From positions 1-53,666 of the forward strand of contig JBNJGY010000007.1 of NCBI GenBank assembly GCA_051748045.1: a stretch of 53,666 nucleotides of DNA. The letters are read 5' to 3'. Position numbers and translations under genes: made by a program. Below are positions 40,959 through 50,176 of the stretch, one piece after another. How positions within the stretch are numbered: the first letter of the stretch is position 1; each line of letters opens with the position of its first letter. The stretch comes from Thermotogota bacterium (lineage in GTDB: Bacteria > Thermotogota > Thermotogae > Petrotogales > Petrotogaceae). The notes beneath the pieces are model-generated. The model had not been told where the DNA came from. It did no database searches and saw only the letters and a program-made list of their open reading frames with translations.

Positions 40959-42191
40959 ATGACAAAACAAGAAAGAAGCTGGGTTTTATATGATTGGGCG
41001 AATTCTGCTTTTTCTGTAGCTATAACTACAGCGATTTTCCCATTATTTTTTAAGGCTTATGCTGCATCAGACTTACCAAATAATGTATCAACAGCTTATT
41101 GGGGGTATTGGAATTCGATGGCTACTTTTATAATCGCACTATTAGCTCCTATATTGGGAACTATAGCGGATTATAAAAATAGAAAAAAGAGGTTCTTGGC
41201 GTTTTTCTGGATTATGGGTATTACAGGAACAGGGCTTCTTTCTATGATTAATGAAGGTCAGTGGGTAATGGCACTGACTATTTATGTAATTTCTTTAGTT
41301 GGCTTTTCTGGCGCTAATGTTTTTTATGATGCTTTTCTAGTAGACGTAACTACAGATGAAAGAATGGATTGGATAAGTTCCAGTGGATTTGCTTGGGGAT
41401 ATCTTGGTAGTACTATTCCATTTATTATTAGTATAGTTTTTATCCTAAAACCATCTATGGTAGGATTAAGTGGTGACATAGCAGCACAAAAACTTTCATT
41501 TGTGATAACAGCATTATGGTGGGGTATTTTTACAATTCCATTGTTGCTGAATGTCAAACAAAAAAATTTCATTCCACCTTCAAGCACAGTTATTAAAGAT
41601 TCTTTTGAGAGATTAGGAAAGACAATAGGAAATATAAAAAACAACAAAAATATATTTATTTTTCTAATAGCTTATTTTTTCTATATAGACGGTGTTGGAA
41701 CAATTATTAAAATGGCAACTTCTTATGGAGCAGATGTTGGAATAGCAACAAATGACCTTTTAATAATTCTATTAGTTACTCAGTTTGTAGCTTTTCCTTT
41801 TGCATTAATATATGGAAAATTAGCCCACAAAGTATCTGCAAAATTTATGCTTTTTATAGGAATTGGTATATACACAATATTGACTATTTATGCTTATTTT
41901 ATTAATTCTACTTTTGATTATTGGGTTCTTGCTATGCTCGTAGCTTCTTCTCAAGGTGGAATTCAAGCATTAAGTAGATCTCTTTATGGAAAGCTCATAC
42001 CAAAGGAAAAATCAGCTGAATTCTATGGCTTTTATAATATATTTGGTAAGTTCGCTGCAGTATTAGGACCATTTTTAGTTGGTTTTTTCTCACAGATATC
42101 TGGTAGTTCAAGAACTGGAATCATTAGTATAGTAGTATTATTTGTAATAGGTGGACTAGTTCTAACAAGAGTTAAAGAAAGAAGAGTATAA
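40959..42191 (+). CDS. MFS transporter, UMF1/Atg22 (YxiO-like) family
   Basis: SWVLYDWANSAF, VFYDAFL, FFYIDGV, QGGIQALSRS, EFYGFY. Confidence 0.9.
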   Translation: MTKQERSWVLYDWANSAFSVAITTAIFPLFFKAYAASDLPNNVSTAYWGYWNSMATFIIALLAPILGTIADYKNRKKRFLAFFWIMGITGTGLLSMINEGQWVMALTIYVISLVGFSGANVFYDAFLVDVTTDERMDWISSSGFAWGYLGSTIPFIISIVFILKPSMVGLSGDIAAQKLSFVITALWWGIFTIPLLLNVKQKNFIPPSSTVIKDSFERLGKTIGNIKNNKNIFIFLIAYFFYIDGVGTIIKMATSYGADVGIATNDLLIILLVTQFVAFPFALIYGKLAHKVSAKFMLFIGIGIYTILTIYAYFINSTFDYWVLAMLVASSQGGIQALSRSLYGKLIPKEKSAEFYGFYNIFGKFAAVLGPFLVGFFSQISGSSRTGIISIVVLFVIGGLVLTRVKERRV

Positions 42192-42220
42192 AAAAGAAGA
42201 AGCTTAGCTTCTTCTTTTTT
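42190..42220 (+). terminator. Intrinsic terminator after MFS gene
   Basis: AAAAAAGAAGAAGC-TTA-GCTTCTTCTTTTTT. Confidence 0.8.
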
Positions 42221-42272
42221 AATTATTTCTAATAAGTTATTATATTGTATAATCATTTTGGGGGAGATAAAA

Positions 42273-43190
42273 ATGAAAACAGATAGACTTATTTCTATAT
42301 TAATGAAAATTTCAAATAAAGAACTTACAACAGCAAAAGAATTATCAAATTATTTCGAAGTTTCTCTTAGAACTATATATAGAGACATTGATTGTTTATG
42401 TGCTGCTGGGATTCCAATTGGTTCAAAAGGAGGAGTGAATGGAGGATATTATATTTTAGAAGAATATAAACTTGAAAATCTGCAATTCAATAAAAATGAA
42501 TTAAAGACTTTTTTAGCTTTGGCAGATAGTTTGAAAGAATCTTTTGGAAATAAATCTAATTTTAAAGATATACTTTTAAAAATTCAAAAATCTAATAATG
42601 ATAAATTACATAGCAAAAACTTAAAAATCAATCTATCTCATTTTAGCCTTGACGAAGAAATAAAAAAATATCTATATACTATAAATAGTGCTTTAGAAAA
42701 AAACAGGCTGTTAAATTTCGATTATATAAATAGAAATTATGAAAAAATCAATAGAACTGTAGAACCATTTAAATTACATTTTGAAGATGGAAATTGGTGG
42801 TTAATCGGATTTTGTAGAGTAAGAAATGAATTTAGATCATTTAAATTACCAAGAATACAAAACTTAAATATAGAAAAAGAGTTCAATAGAAAAGAAATTT
42901 CTGAAGAAGAAATATTAAAAAAATTTAGAAAACAGTTTTTGGAAAATAGTATTAAAATAGTTTTTAGGTTTTCAAAAAAATCAGGTGAGAGATTGACAGA
43001 ATATTTTAAAAAGGAAAATATTGTCGAAAAAAATGATGGATATTATGTATTCGAACAATTTCCTGATGATGAAGGTTTAATCAAGGCTATAATAAGTTTT
43101 GGGAAAGAATGTGAAGTACTAAAACCTATTGAAATTAGGACTAAGGTAAAAAAATATTTAGAAGAAATGAATTCTATATATAATGACTGA
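42273..43190 (+). CDS. YafY-family HTH-WYL transcriptional regulator
   Basis: TAKELSNYFEVSLRTIYRDI..GGY (HTH_11); RTVEP..WWLIGFCRVRNEFRSFKLPRI (WYL); EVLKP (WCX). Start moved from 42258 to ATG 42273. Confidence 0.93.
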   Translation: MKTDRLISILMKISNKELTTAKELSNYFEVSLRTIYRDIDCLCAAGIPIGSKGGVNGGYYILEEYKLENLQFNKNELKTFLALADSLKESFGNKSNFKDILLKIQKSNNDKLHSKNLKINLSHFSLDEEIKKYLYTINSALEKNRLLNFDYINRNYEKINRTVEPFKLHFEDGNWWLIGFCRVRNEFRSFKLPRIQNLNIEKEFNRKEISEEEILKKFRKQFLENSIKIVFRFSKKSGERLTEYFKKENIVEKNDGYYVFEQFPDDEGLIKAIISFGKECEVLKPIEIRTKVKKYLEEMNSIYND

Positions 43191-43221
43191 CATGATGTTG
43201 TCAGTCATTTTATTTTATAAT
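43182..43221 (+). promoter_or_regulatory. WYL-regulator operator and -10 box upstream of DJ-1 gene
   Basis: Perfect 11-bp arms AATGACTGACA-N6-TGTCAGTCATT (43182-43209), TATAAT at 43216-43221. Confidence 0.7.
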
Positions 43222-43254
43222 TTAATATATATAATTAAAAAAGGGGATGGTAAG

Positions 43255-43818
43255 ATGAAACTTTGTATTTTTTATTATGACAATTTTTGTGAGTTTGAAA
43301 CCGTAATGACTTCAGCAGTATTTTCTAAAGAAGGGGTTATAACAGTAGCATTGGAGGATAGAATTTATGAAAGTTCAGAAAAACAAAGATATCTACCTCA
43401 CAAAAAGCTTAATGAAATAGAAATGGATGAGTTTGATATTTTTTTTATCCCAGGTGGATATCCTGATGATTTATTTAAAAAAGAAGAACTAATAAATTTT
43501 ATCAAAAAAGCATATTCAGAAGATAAAACTATTGCAGGTATATGTGGAGGAACAGCTTTGATAGCCAAAACTGGATTATTAGATGGGAAAAAATGTACTG
43601 GGATGACTTATGGTTTAAAAGATGTTCCGGAATATGCAGAAATATTCAAAAATTGCATAATAGATGATTCAAAAGACGTTGTAGATTCCGAGAATATTAT
43701 AACATCAAAAGGTACAGCATTTGTGGAACTTGCTTTATATTTAGGTAAGAAAAATAATGTTTATAAAAGTGAAGAAGAGTATCAAGAAGATTATAAACTA
43801 TTTAAAAATATTAAATAA
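43255..43818 (+). CDS. DJ-1/PfpI family protein
   Basis: FCEFE (Glu), IPGG, AGICGG (nucleophilic Cys), IITSKG. Start moved from 43183 to ATG 43255 (AGGGG RBS). Confidence 0.9.
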   Translation: MKLCIFYYDNFCEFETVMTSAVFSKEGVITVALEDRIYESSEKQRYLPHKKLNEIEMDEFDIFFIPGGYPDDLFKKEELINFIKKAYSEDKTIAGICGGTALIAKTGLLDGKKCTGMTYGLKDVPEYAEIFKNCIIDDSKDVVDSENIITSKGTAFVELALYLGKKNNVYKSEEEYQEDYKLFKNIK

Positions 43819-43820
43819 CC

Positions 43821-43867
43821 TTGCAAAAAAGATAACATCTTATGTATAATAAGATGTTATCTTTTTT
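43821..43867. promoter_or_regulatory. 19-bp perfect inverted repeat overlapping a promoter (terminator and/or operator)
   Basis: AAAAAAGATAACATCTTAT-GTATA-ATAAGATGTTATCTTTTTT (43825-43867); TTGCAA 43821-43826, 18 bp, TATAAT 43845-43850. Confidence 0.6.
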
Positions 43868-43881
43868 AAGGGGGATGAATA

Positions 43882-44097
43882 ATGAATATAAGAATAGATA
43901 AAAATGGTGAATTTGACATTGAAATTTCAGAAAAAGAATTATCTCTAATATTGGATAAAATAGAAATAAAAAGCATAATAGAAAAATTAATTAGTGATAA
44001 AAATAATGGTATAGAAAAAGACGTTATACTTAAAAAAATTTCAAATGTTTTAGAGTTAGAAAATAGAAAAGGGGGATGTGAAAATGAAAGTCACTAA
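43882..44097 (+). CDS. Small hypothetical protein, 71 aa
   Basis: AGGGGG RBS, fills the gap, overlaps the start of the downstream MBL gene. Confidence 0.65.
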   Translation: MNIRIDKNGEFDIEISEKELSLILDKIEIKSIIEKLISDKNNGIEKDVILKKISNVLELENRKGGCENESH

Positions 44098-45001
44098 TGT
44101 AGGTAATAGAGGTCTAATGTTTGACTTTGAAGAAGGAGAAACAACGCTTGGTCAAACAATAGTTTATTTGATTAAGGGTGAAAAATATCTTTTTTTATGT
44201 GATACACAAACTGGTCCAAAACCAATGAACCTAGTAAAAGAATATATAAAAGATGAATTAGAAAACAAAAAGCTTATTATTTTTAATTCACATTATCATT
44301 GGGATCATATTTGGGGAAATGTTTTTTTTGAAAATTCTATTATTATCTCTCATTCAAAAGCAAGAGAAAATATGCTTGAAAACGCTGAAAAAGAACTCAA
44401 AGAAAACTCGAAATTTGTTGAAGGTAATATAAAAATAAAATATCCAGATATTACTTTTGATAAAAAGCTAACATTCGAAGACGAAGGTATAGAGTTTATA
44501 TACGCTCCAGGACACACTTCTGGGCATGCAATTTGTTACGATAAAAATGAAAAAAATGTGTTTGTTGGTGATCTTGTCGAAGAACCAATACCGATGTTGT
44601 TAGATGGTGATTTAGATTCTTTTAAAAATTCACTAGAGTATATTTTAACAATGGATGTAGAGAAATATGTTACAACCCATTCTTATTTGGCGAGTGAAGA
44701 AATGGTTAATCTAAACCTTCAATATCTAAAAGCTGTAATTGAAGATAAACCAACTCCAGAAAAAATATTAAAAGAATATCCTGGTATTGAAGTACTGGAC
44801 AGATTTAATAGAAATAACTCAATGATGTTAAAATACGAAGAAAAAATTAAAAATTTTAATGATGATTTTGATGGTGAAAAATTTAGAGAAAAATTATGGG
44901 AAGAAATGAAAATAGATAAATCTAAATATGAAAATCCAGTAGTAATGATAGCCTCTATTGATAAAGATGAACTAGAGAAAAAAATAAAAGAAAAATTATA
45001 A
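44084..45001 (+). CDS. MBL-fold metallo-hydrolase
   Basis: NSHYHWDHIWGN, PGHT, VGD, TTH; C-terminal helical extension; start moved from 44078 to ATG 44084. Confidence 0.9.
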   Translation: MKVTNVGNRGLMFDFEEGETTLGQTIVYLIKGEKYLFLCDTQTGPKPMNLVKEYIKDELENKKLIIFNSHYHWDHIWGNVFFENSIIISHSKARENMLENAEKELKENSKFVEGNIKIKYPDITFDKKLTFEDEGIEFIYAPGHTSGHAICYDKNEKNVFVGDLVEEPIPMLLDGDLDSFKNSLEYILTMDVEKYVTTHSYLASEEMVNLNLQYLKAVIEDKPTPEKILKEYPGIEVLDRFNRNNSMMLKYEEKIKNFNDDFDGEKFREKLWEEMKIDKSKYENPVVMIASIDKDELEKKIKEKL

Positions 45002-45029
45002 AAAAACACCCGATTAATCGGGTGTTTTT
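45002..45029. terminator. Bidirectional terminator
   Basis: AAAAACACCCGAT-TA-ATCGGGTGTTTTT. Confidence 0.85.
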
Positions 45030-46120
45030 AAATTTTTTTTAAGATCTTCAATATTTTCAAATTGGTTAATTTCAATTTGTTTTTCCTTTAGATAATTTCT
45101 TAGTTTGTTATCAAAGTGTATGGTTTCTTTTTTTAATATTTCTAAATTATCTTTATCTATGATTTCTATCAAGTTTGGAAACCCTAGTTCTGATAGTGTG
45201 TTTATATTTTCTTTTCCAGGAATATTTTGATTTCTATAAACCTTTTTTTCAACTAAATTTATCATAGGAGCTACTTCTTCAATAGTTGAAATTGTAGAAA
45301 AAAAGGCCATTTCATAATCGTTTTCATTACAAGCATCTATTATTTTGTTAATGGTGCTTTTCAATTCTTCATAAAAACCTTGAAATATTTCTTTGGGTTT
45401 TATGATTGGATTTTCTTTTTTGACAGTATTTTTATAGAAAGCATCATAATCATAAACAAATTTAATCATTTTTTCAATTATTGCTTTTTCATTTTTTTCA
45501 GAAATAATGGATTCAATGATTTCTTGAGTACCATTTATTTTTTTATCAAACTTTTTGATTTCAGATAAATTCTTCCCCCATCCTTTTTTAATAGGAATTT
45601 TGTTCAAGATTGAAAGAGAAGATATAGTGTTCTTTAAAATTTTTGTGCTTTCTAATCTTATCTCCGTAATATCTTCTGAATATTTCAAGTTATTTAAAAA
45701 GACATAGTTATTCAAAAATTTTTCATATGCTTTTGAAAAAGGATTATCCTCTTTTTTATTCAATTCATTTAATTTGTTTTTTTGAATATTTTTAAACTTA
45801 TCCAATTCTTCATCTGAATTTGAATATATAACTTTGGCATCTAAAAGAACAGAAATTAAGTGATCATCATAAGAATCAATATTTTCAAATCTTTCCCAAG
45901 TTATTGGCCAAAAATCTATGCCAAGATCTTCAACTATAAATTGAAAAGAAGCTTTAAATGCATTTTCATTTTTTGGTATAAAAAATAAATCTAAATCAGA
46001 TTTATCATGTGTATCTCCAGTTGCATAAGATCCATAATAAGCAACCAATGCTATATCTTCTTTAAAATTATTTTTTATATTTTCTATTAAAACACCAGAT
46101 ATTTTAAAAATACTTTCCAT
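45014..46120 (-). CDS. Pol-beta-type nucleotidyltransferase (kanamycin nucleotidyltransferase-like architecture)
   Basis: YYGSYATGDTHDKSDLD (GS-x-DxD) then helical domains; start moved from 46132 to ATG 46120. Confidence 0.8.
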   Translation of the reverse strand: MESIFKISGVLIENIKNNFKEDIALVAYYGSYATGDTHDKSDLDLFFIPKNENAFKASFQFIVEDLGIDFWPITWERFENIDSYDDHLISVLLDAKVIYSNSDEELDKFKNIQKNKLNELNKKEDNPFSKAYEKFLNNYVFLNNLKYSEDITEIRLESTKILKNTISSLSILNKIPIKKGWGKNLSEIKKFDKKINGTQEIIESIISEKNEKAIIEKMIKFVYDYDAFYKNTVKKENPIIKPKEIFQGFYEELKSTINKIIDACNENDYEMAFFSTISTIEEVAPMINLVEKKVYRNQNIPGKENINTLSELGFPNLIEIIDKDNLEILKKETIHFDNKLRNYLKEKQIEINQFENIEDLKKNLKTPD

Positions 46121-46263
46121 AAAAATCACCATCCTTTTATATGCAATTATATTAGTATATGTGTATTATTTATACAAACTAAAGTAATGAATAAATATCA
46201 TATTATTAATGAAACAAAAAATTAATAATAGGTTGCTAAAATATTAATGTAGGAGGTGCTATC

Positions 46264-47511
46264 ATGAGAATTAGTGAAACGGCAAATTTATATGCTCAAT
46301 CTGTATATGCAGATCATATGAGGTATGCAATTAACAACAGAAATGAGCAAGTTATGAATTCTAATAATCTATTGCCTCAACAGATTTTCACACCTCAATT
46401 TAATCCACAGCAATACCTACAAGGATTGAGTAATTTTCAAACTGAGTCACAAAATACTTATGAAAATATTCAAGATATTATGGATAGGGATACTTTTAAT
46501 TCAAGAAATGTTATTAATGAAAACCCAGAAGATATTTCAATAACTGCAGATAATTCAACCAGGGGAATGTTTGAAATCTCGGTTAGTCAGATGGGACAAA
46601 GACAAGTTAATGAAAGTCTATTAATGAATCCAGATAATAGTGATTTTTCTTCTGGACAAAATAATTTTGAAATAGGAATTGGTGAAGAAACTTATAATTT
46701 TGAAGTAGAAATATTTGAAAATGATACGAACATAGATGTTTTAAGTAGAATTGAAAACTCTATAAATGATCAAGATATTGGTATAACAGCTAATTTAAAT
46801 GAAACTGATGATGGAATATCTCTTGTTCTTGAATCTGATGAAACTGGTACAAACCAGCAATTTACCATAAATGATACTGAAGGTTCTTTGACATCAAATA
46901 TTCAATTAGATAACACTACTCAACAAGCCCAAGATTTAGTATTTAATTATAATGGTGAAGAAATAACCCAACAAACAAATTTAATAAATCTGGAAGATGG
47001 AATTGAAGTAAATGTATTCAATACAGGAGATTTTACATTTGAAATAGATTATAACAGAGATCAAATTTCAAATGATGTTGAAGAATTAGTTGGGGAACTC
47101 AATAACTATTTGAACTACGCCAACGAAAATGCAGATAATTTATCAGATAGAGCATTAGATAGACTTGATAGAATAACAGACTTTGCCTCATCACTTGAAA
47201 GATATGGAATCAATTTTAATGACTCTGAAGGTAATTTTGAAATTACAGATTCTTTATACAATACCCTACAAAAGGAAGACAATCTCTATTCAATGCAGAG
47301 TACTATGAACATGGTTGGAGAATATGCTTTAAACAGGATAGAAGATAATGTTGAATCTTCTCTATATGAATTAGACAATACTAGTTATAATGGAATATCT
47401 GGAGCGATGAACTTTGGTGCTGGAAGAGTAAATGATACCTTGATGGGCGCTTATATGCAACAAAATATGATTAGTAATTTATTAAGTGGAACATTCAATG
47501 GATATGCGTAA
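46264..47511 (+). CDS. FliD-like (flagellar cap family) protein, orphan
   Basis: EISVSQMGQRQ, SINDQDIGITANL, LVLESDETG, QQAQDLVFNYNG..TN..GIEV, EELVGELNNY match FliD core segments; AGGAGG RBS. Confidence 0.7.
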   Translation: MRISETANLYAQSVYADHMRYAINNRNEQVMNSNNLLPQQIFTPQFNPQQYLQGLSNFQTESQNTYENIQDIMDRDTFNSRNVINENPEDISITADNSTRGMFEISVSQMGQRQVNESLLMNPDNSDFSSGQNNFEIGIGEETYNFEVEIFENDTNIDVLSRIENSINDQDIGITANLNETDDGISLVLESDETGTNQQFTINDTEGSLTSNIQLDNTTQQAQDLVFNYNGEEITQQTNLINLEDGIEVNVFNTGDFTFEIDYNRDQISNDVEELVGELNNYLNYANENADNLSDRALDRLDRITDFASSLERYGINFNDSEGNFEITDSLYNTLQKEDNLYSMQSTMNMVGEYALNRIEDNVESSLYELDNTSYNGISGAMNFGAGRVNDTLMGAYMQQNMISNLLSGTFNGYA

Positions 47512-47518
47512 TTTTAAA

Positions 47519-47674
47519 ATGAAAAAATATAATCCTATATTATTTATATTTTTAATTATAGCTTCAATTACATATGTTTTAGTCTATCCAATAGCTATTA
47601 TATTGGAAATTGTGTTTGAAAAGTTATTTTTCTATATAAAAAGAGAAATTAATAAAGCTTTTATAAAAAAATAG
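47519..47674 (+). CDS. Possible small membrane protein, 51 aa
   Basis: Hydrophobic ORF filling the gap before the terminator; no clear RBS. ORF-track start 47486 overlaps the upstream gene. Confidence 0.3.
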   Translation: MKKYNPILFIFLIIASITYVLVYPIAIILEIVFEKLFFYIKREINKAFIKK

Positions 47675-47700
47675 AAGGGAGAAATTCCCCTTCTATTTTT
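47667..47700. terminator. Bidirectional terminator
   Basis: AAAAATAGAAGGG / CCCTTCTATTTTT. Confidence 0.8.
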
Positions 47701-48557
47701 TAAACATTAAAATATTTTTTTATATTAGATTCTAAATCTATTTTCCCTTCTATTAAAGGCTTTCTACTTGTTATAATAGTCGTTATACCTGGGCCATGAC
47801 CAGCTTTAATACAGTTAGAATGTACAACAATACCTATACTAACAGCGCCTTTAAAATATGTTCTTCCATAAGAATTATCATGATTTTCTATTAAAACTAA
47901 ATCACCAAATTTAAGCTTATCTATACCTAATCTTTCAATTTCATCAACATCGGAAGTCATAATATCATAATCACCATTATAAGCACTAGCACTGCCCACT
48001 CCAGAACCCATTAAATGTGCTGGTATTTTACAGGTTACAGGAACAATTAATTTATCTTCTTTTTCTTCTATGGGAATATTTTCAAAAAGATCTGGATCAA
48101 CATTCATCACTTTTATTTCTGGATAATAATCTTCTAACTTTAAACCTTGACCATAAGCTCTAACAAGTATTTTATCATCGATAGCCATTTTAAACATTTC
48201 TTCTTTATCAAAATCTATAATAGTATGCTCTATTCCACCGTGTGAACCAGTTACAAACCCTTCACAACCTTTAGCTTCGCCAGATACAACAATGGCTTTA
48301 TTTCCTATACAAGATAAGCTCATTAACGCATCATTTTCTATTCTTTCTTCATTTCTTATAGAAACTCCTGGTTCAACGTGATCCCCTACAAGATCAAAAG
48401 CTGTATCACCTACTCTAAAATTATAAGTGATTCCCCCTGTAGCTGGTAAAATCATTGGTTCACCTTCGTTATGTACTCTATAATTCTTTCCCCCTGGATG
48501 ATGAATTTTACCTTGTACAGATTGCATAACTAATTTGTCTTTGTTAGTTTTTAACAT
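47700..48557 (-). CDS. DUF4438 family protein
   Basis: MLKTNKDKLV.QSVQG, LPATGGITYN, GDHVEPGVS, CIGN, HGGIEH, MGSG.G, DYDI, AGHGPG. Confidence 0.85.
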   Translation of the reverse strand: MLKTNKDKLVMQSVQGKIHHPGGKNYRVHNEGEPMILPATGGITYNFRVGDTAFDLVGDHVEPGVSIRNEERIENDALMSLSCIGNKAIVVSGEAKGCEGFVTGSHGGIEHTIIDFDKEEMFKMAIDDKILVRAYGQGLKLEDYYPEIKVMNVDPDLFENIPIEEKEDKLIVPVTCKIPAHLMGSGVGSASAYNGDYDIMTSDVDEIERLGIDKLKFGDLVLIENHDNSYGRTYFKGAVSIGIVVHSNCIKAGHGPGITTIITSRKPLIEGKIDLESNIKKYFNV

Positions 48558-48625
48558 TCACATTTCCCCCTTAAATAATATTCATATAAATTAAATCATA
48601 AAATAATAAGGAATGCAAACTAAAA

Positions 48626-50062
48626 TTATACAATAGGTTGAATATTTTCTTCGGAAAAATCATCATCAATAATATTTTTCATAATTTCAAATCCTTTATT
48701 AATTTGTTCTAGAGAAGTATCAGAAAAACTGATTCTAAAAGCTTTATTCAAATTTTTATTTTCTAAATTAAAATATTTTTCTGGCAATAAAGAAACCCCA
48801 TTTGTTCTACATCTATAAATAAAATTATCGAAATTGTCATTTTTTAGCTTTAACCAAAAATACACACCACCTCTTGGTATAAAAATCATTTCAAAATAAT
48901 CTGAATATCCTTCAATTATTTTTTTTGTTTGTATGAATCTTTTTTTAAATAGTAAGTTTATTTTATATATATGTTTCTCATAATCTCCATTTTTCAAATA
49001 AAGATCAAAAGCCCTTTGGTTTAATCCTGAGGTAGATATATCTGAAGAATACTTTGTAGATATAATTTTTGCGGATAATGATTTTGGGAAAATCATGAAC
49101 CCCAATCTCAGACCAGGCATAAATATTTTTGAATAACTTTTTATGTAAATTACTTTATTGTTATTATCTAATGATTTAAGAGGAAAAACATCTTCATTAA
49201 AGTAATTCAATTCAGAAATACAGTCATCTTCAACAATAAAAAAATCGTGTTTAACAGACATATCTATTAATCTTTTTTTGTCTTCTAAACTCATAATAAC
49301 TCCAGTTGGATTTTGGAAATTTGGCATGCAATATAGAAAATTGATTTTGTTTTTCTGCAAGAAATTCTCTAACTTATCTAAATCAATTCCATTTTGAGTA
49401 ATATTAAAATTATGAATTTTCGCTTTTCGTTCCTTAAACGAAGCCAAAGCTCCCGAATAAGAGGGGTTTTCAATTGCAATGTTATCTCCTTCATTGATAA
49501 ATATTTTTGAAATGATGTCTATGGCCTGTTGTGCACCAGAAACTATTTGAATGTCATTAAATGAACTAACTATATTTTTTGTTTTCAAAAAATCTGAAAT
49601 ATGCTTTCTCAAAGGTATATAACCTTGAGTATTTTGATAATCAAAGGCTTTTCCTCCGTCTCTATCTAAAACATTGTTAATTGCTTTTTTAAAATCATCT
49701 ACTGGGAAAAGGTCATGACTAGGGGTTGCAGAGGCAAAATTTATGTTATTTTTTACATTCATTTGAGTTGAATCAATCTTGTCGTTTACATAGTTATCGT
49801 AATCTTCATGAATTTTTATATCTTTTGCTGAAGATACATAGCTACCGCTACCAACTTTTTTATAAATCAAATTTTCTTCTTTCAGCTTTTCGTAAGCTTT
49901 AACAACAGTAGATGGATTTAAACTATTTTCATCAGCCAATGTTCTTACAGCTGGTAATCTTATGTTTTCTTTTAAATCATTTTTTAGAATTTTTTGTTTT
50001 AAAGACCTATAAACCTGTAAATACAAAGGCGTTTTAGATTTTCTTGAAAGATTTAAGTTCAT
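48626..50062 (-). CDS. pdxR: MocR/GabR-family PLP-dependent regulator, likely PdxR
   Basis: GntR wHTH (LPAVRTLA..TVVKAY) plus aminotransferase domain (PNFQNPTG, EDD, SYSK, PGLRLG); divergent from pdxST. Confidence 0.88.
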   Translation of the reverse strand: MNLNLSRKSKTPLYLQVYRSLKQKILKNDLKENIRLPAVRTLADENSLNPSTVVKAYEKLKEENLIYKKVGSGSYVSSAKDIKIHEDYDNYVNDKIDSTQMNVKNNINFASATPSHDLFPVDDFKKAINNVLDRDGGKAFDYQNTQGYIPLRKHISDFLKTKNIVSSFNDIQIVSGAQQAIDIISKIFINEGDNIAIENPSYSGALASFKERKAKIHNFNITQNGIDLDKLENFLQKNKINFLYCMPNFQNPTGVIMSLEDKKRLIDMSVKHDFFIVEDDCISELNYFNEDVFPLKSLDNNNKVIYIKSYSKIFMPGLRLGFMIFPKSLSAKIISTKYSSDISTSGLNQRAFDLYLKNGDYEKHIYKINLLFKKRFIQTKKIIEGYSDYFEMIFIPRGGVYFWLKLKNDNFDNFIYRCRTNGVSLLPEKYFNLENKNLNKAFRISFSDTSLEQINKGFEIMKNIIDDDFSEENIQPIV

Positions 50063-50097
50063 AATACCCCCTTATGTACCACTACAAAAATTAATAA

Positions 50098-50150
50098 ACA
50101 ATACATTGACAATACAATATAAAAGTGTGAAAATATCACTGCACAATACA
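50098..50150 (+). promoter_or_regulatory. Direct repeats (candidate PdxR sites) over the pdxS promoter
   Basis: ACAATACA at 50098, 50109 and 50143; TTGACA at 50106-50111; weak -10 TG-T-GAAAAT (GAAAAT at 50129-50134). Confidence 0.6.
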
Positions 50151-50176
50151 ATTATATCAAAAAAGGGGTGTGTTTT

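Noticed and set aside
46133-46263. Sigma28 promoter for the FliD-like gene
   Set aside because: TAAA elements exist but no GCCGATAA-like -10 at the right spacing.
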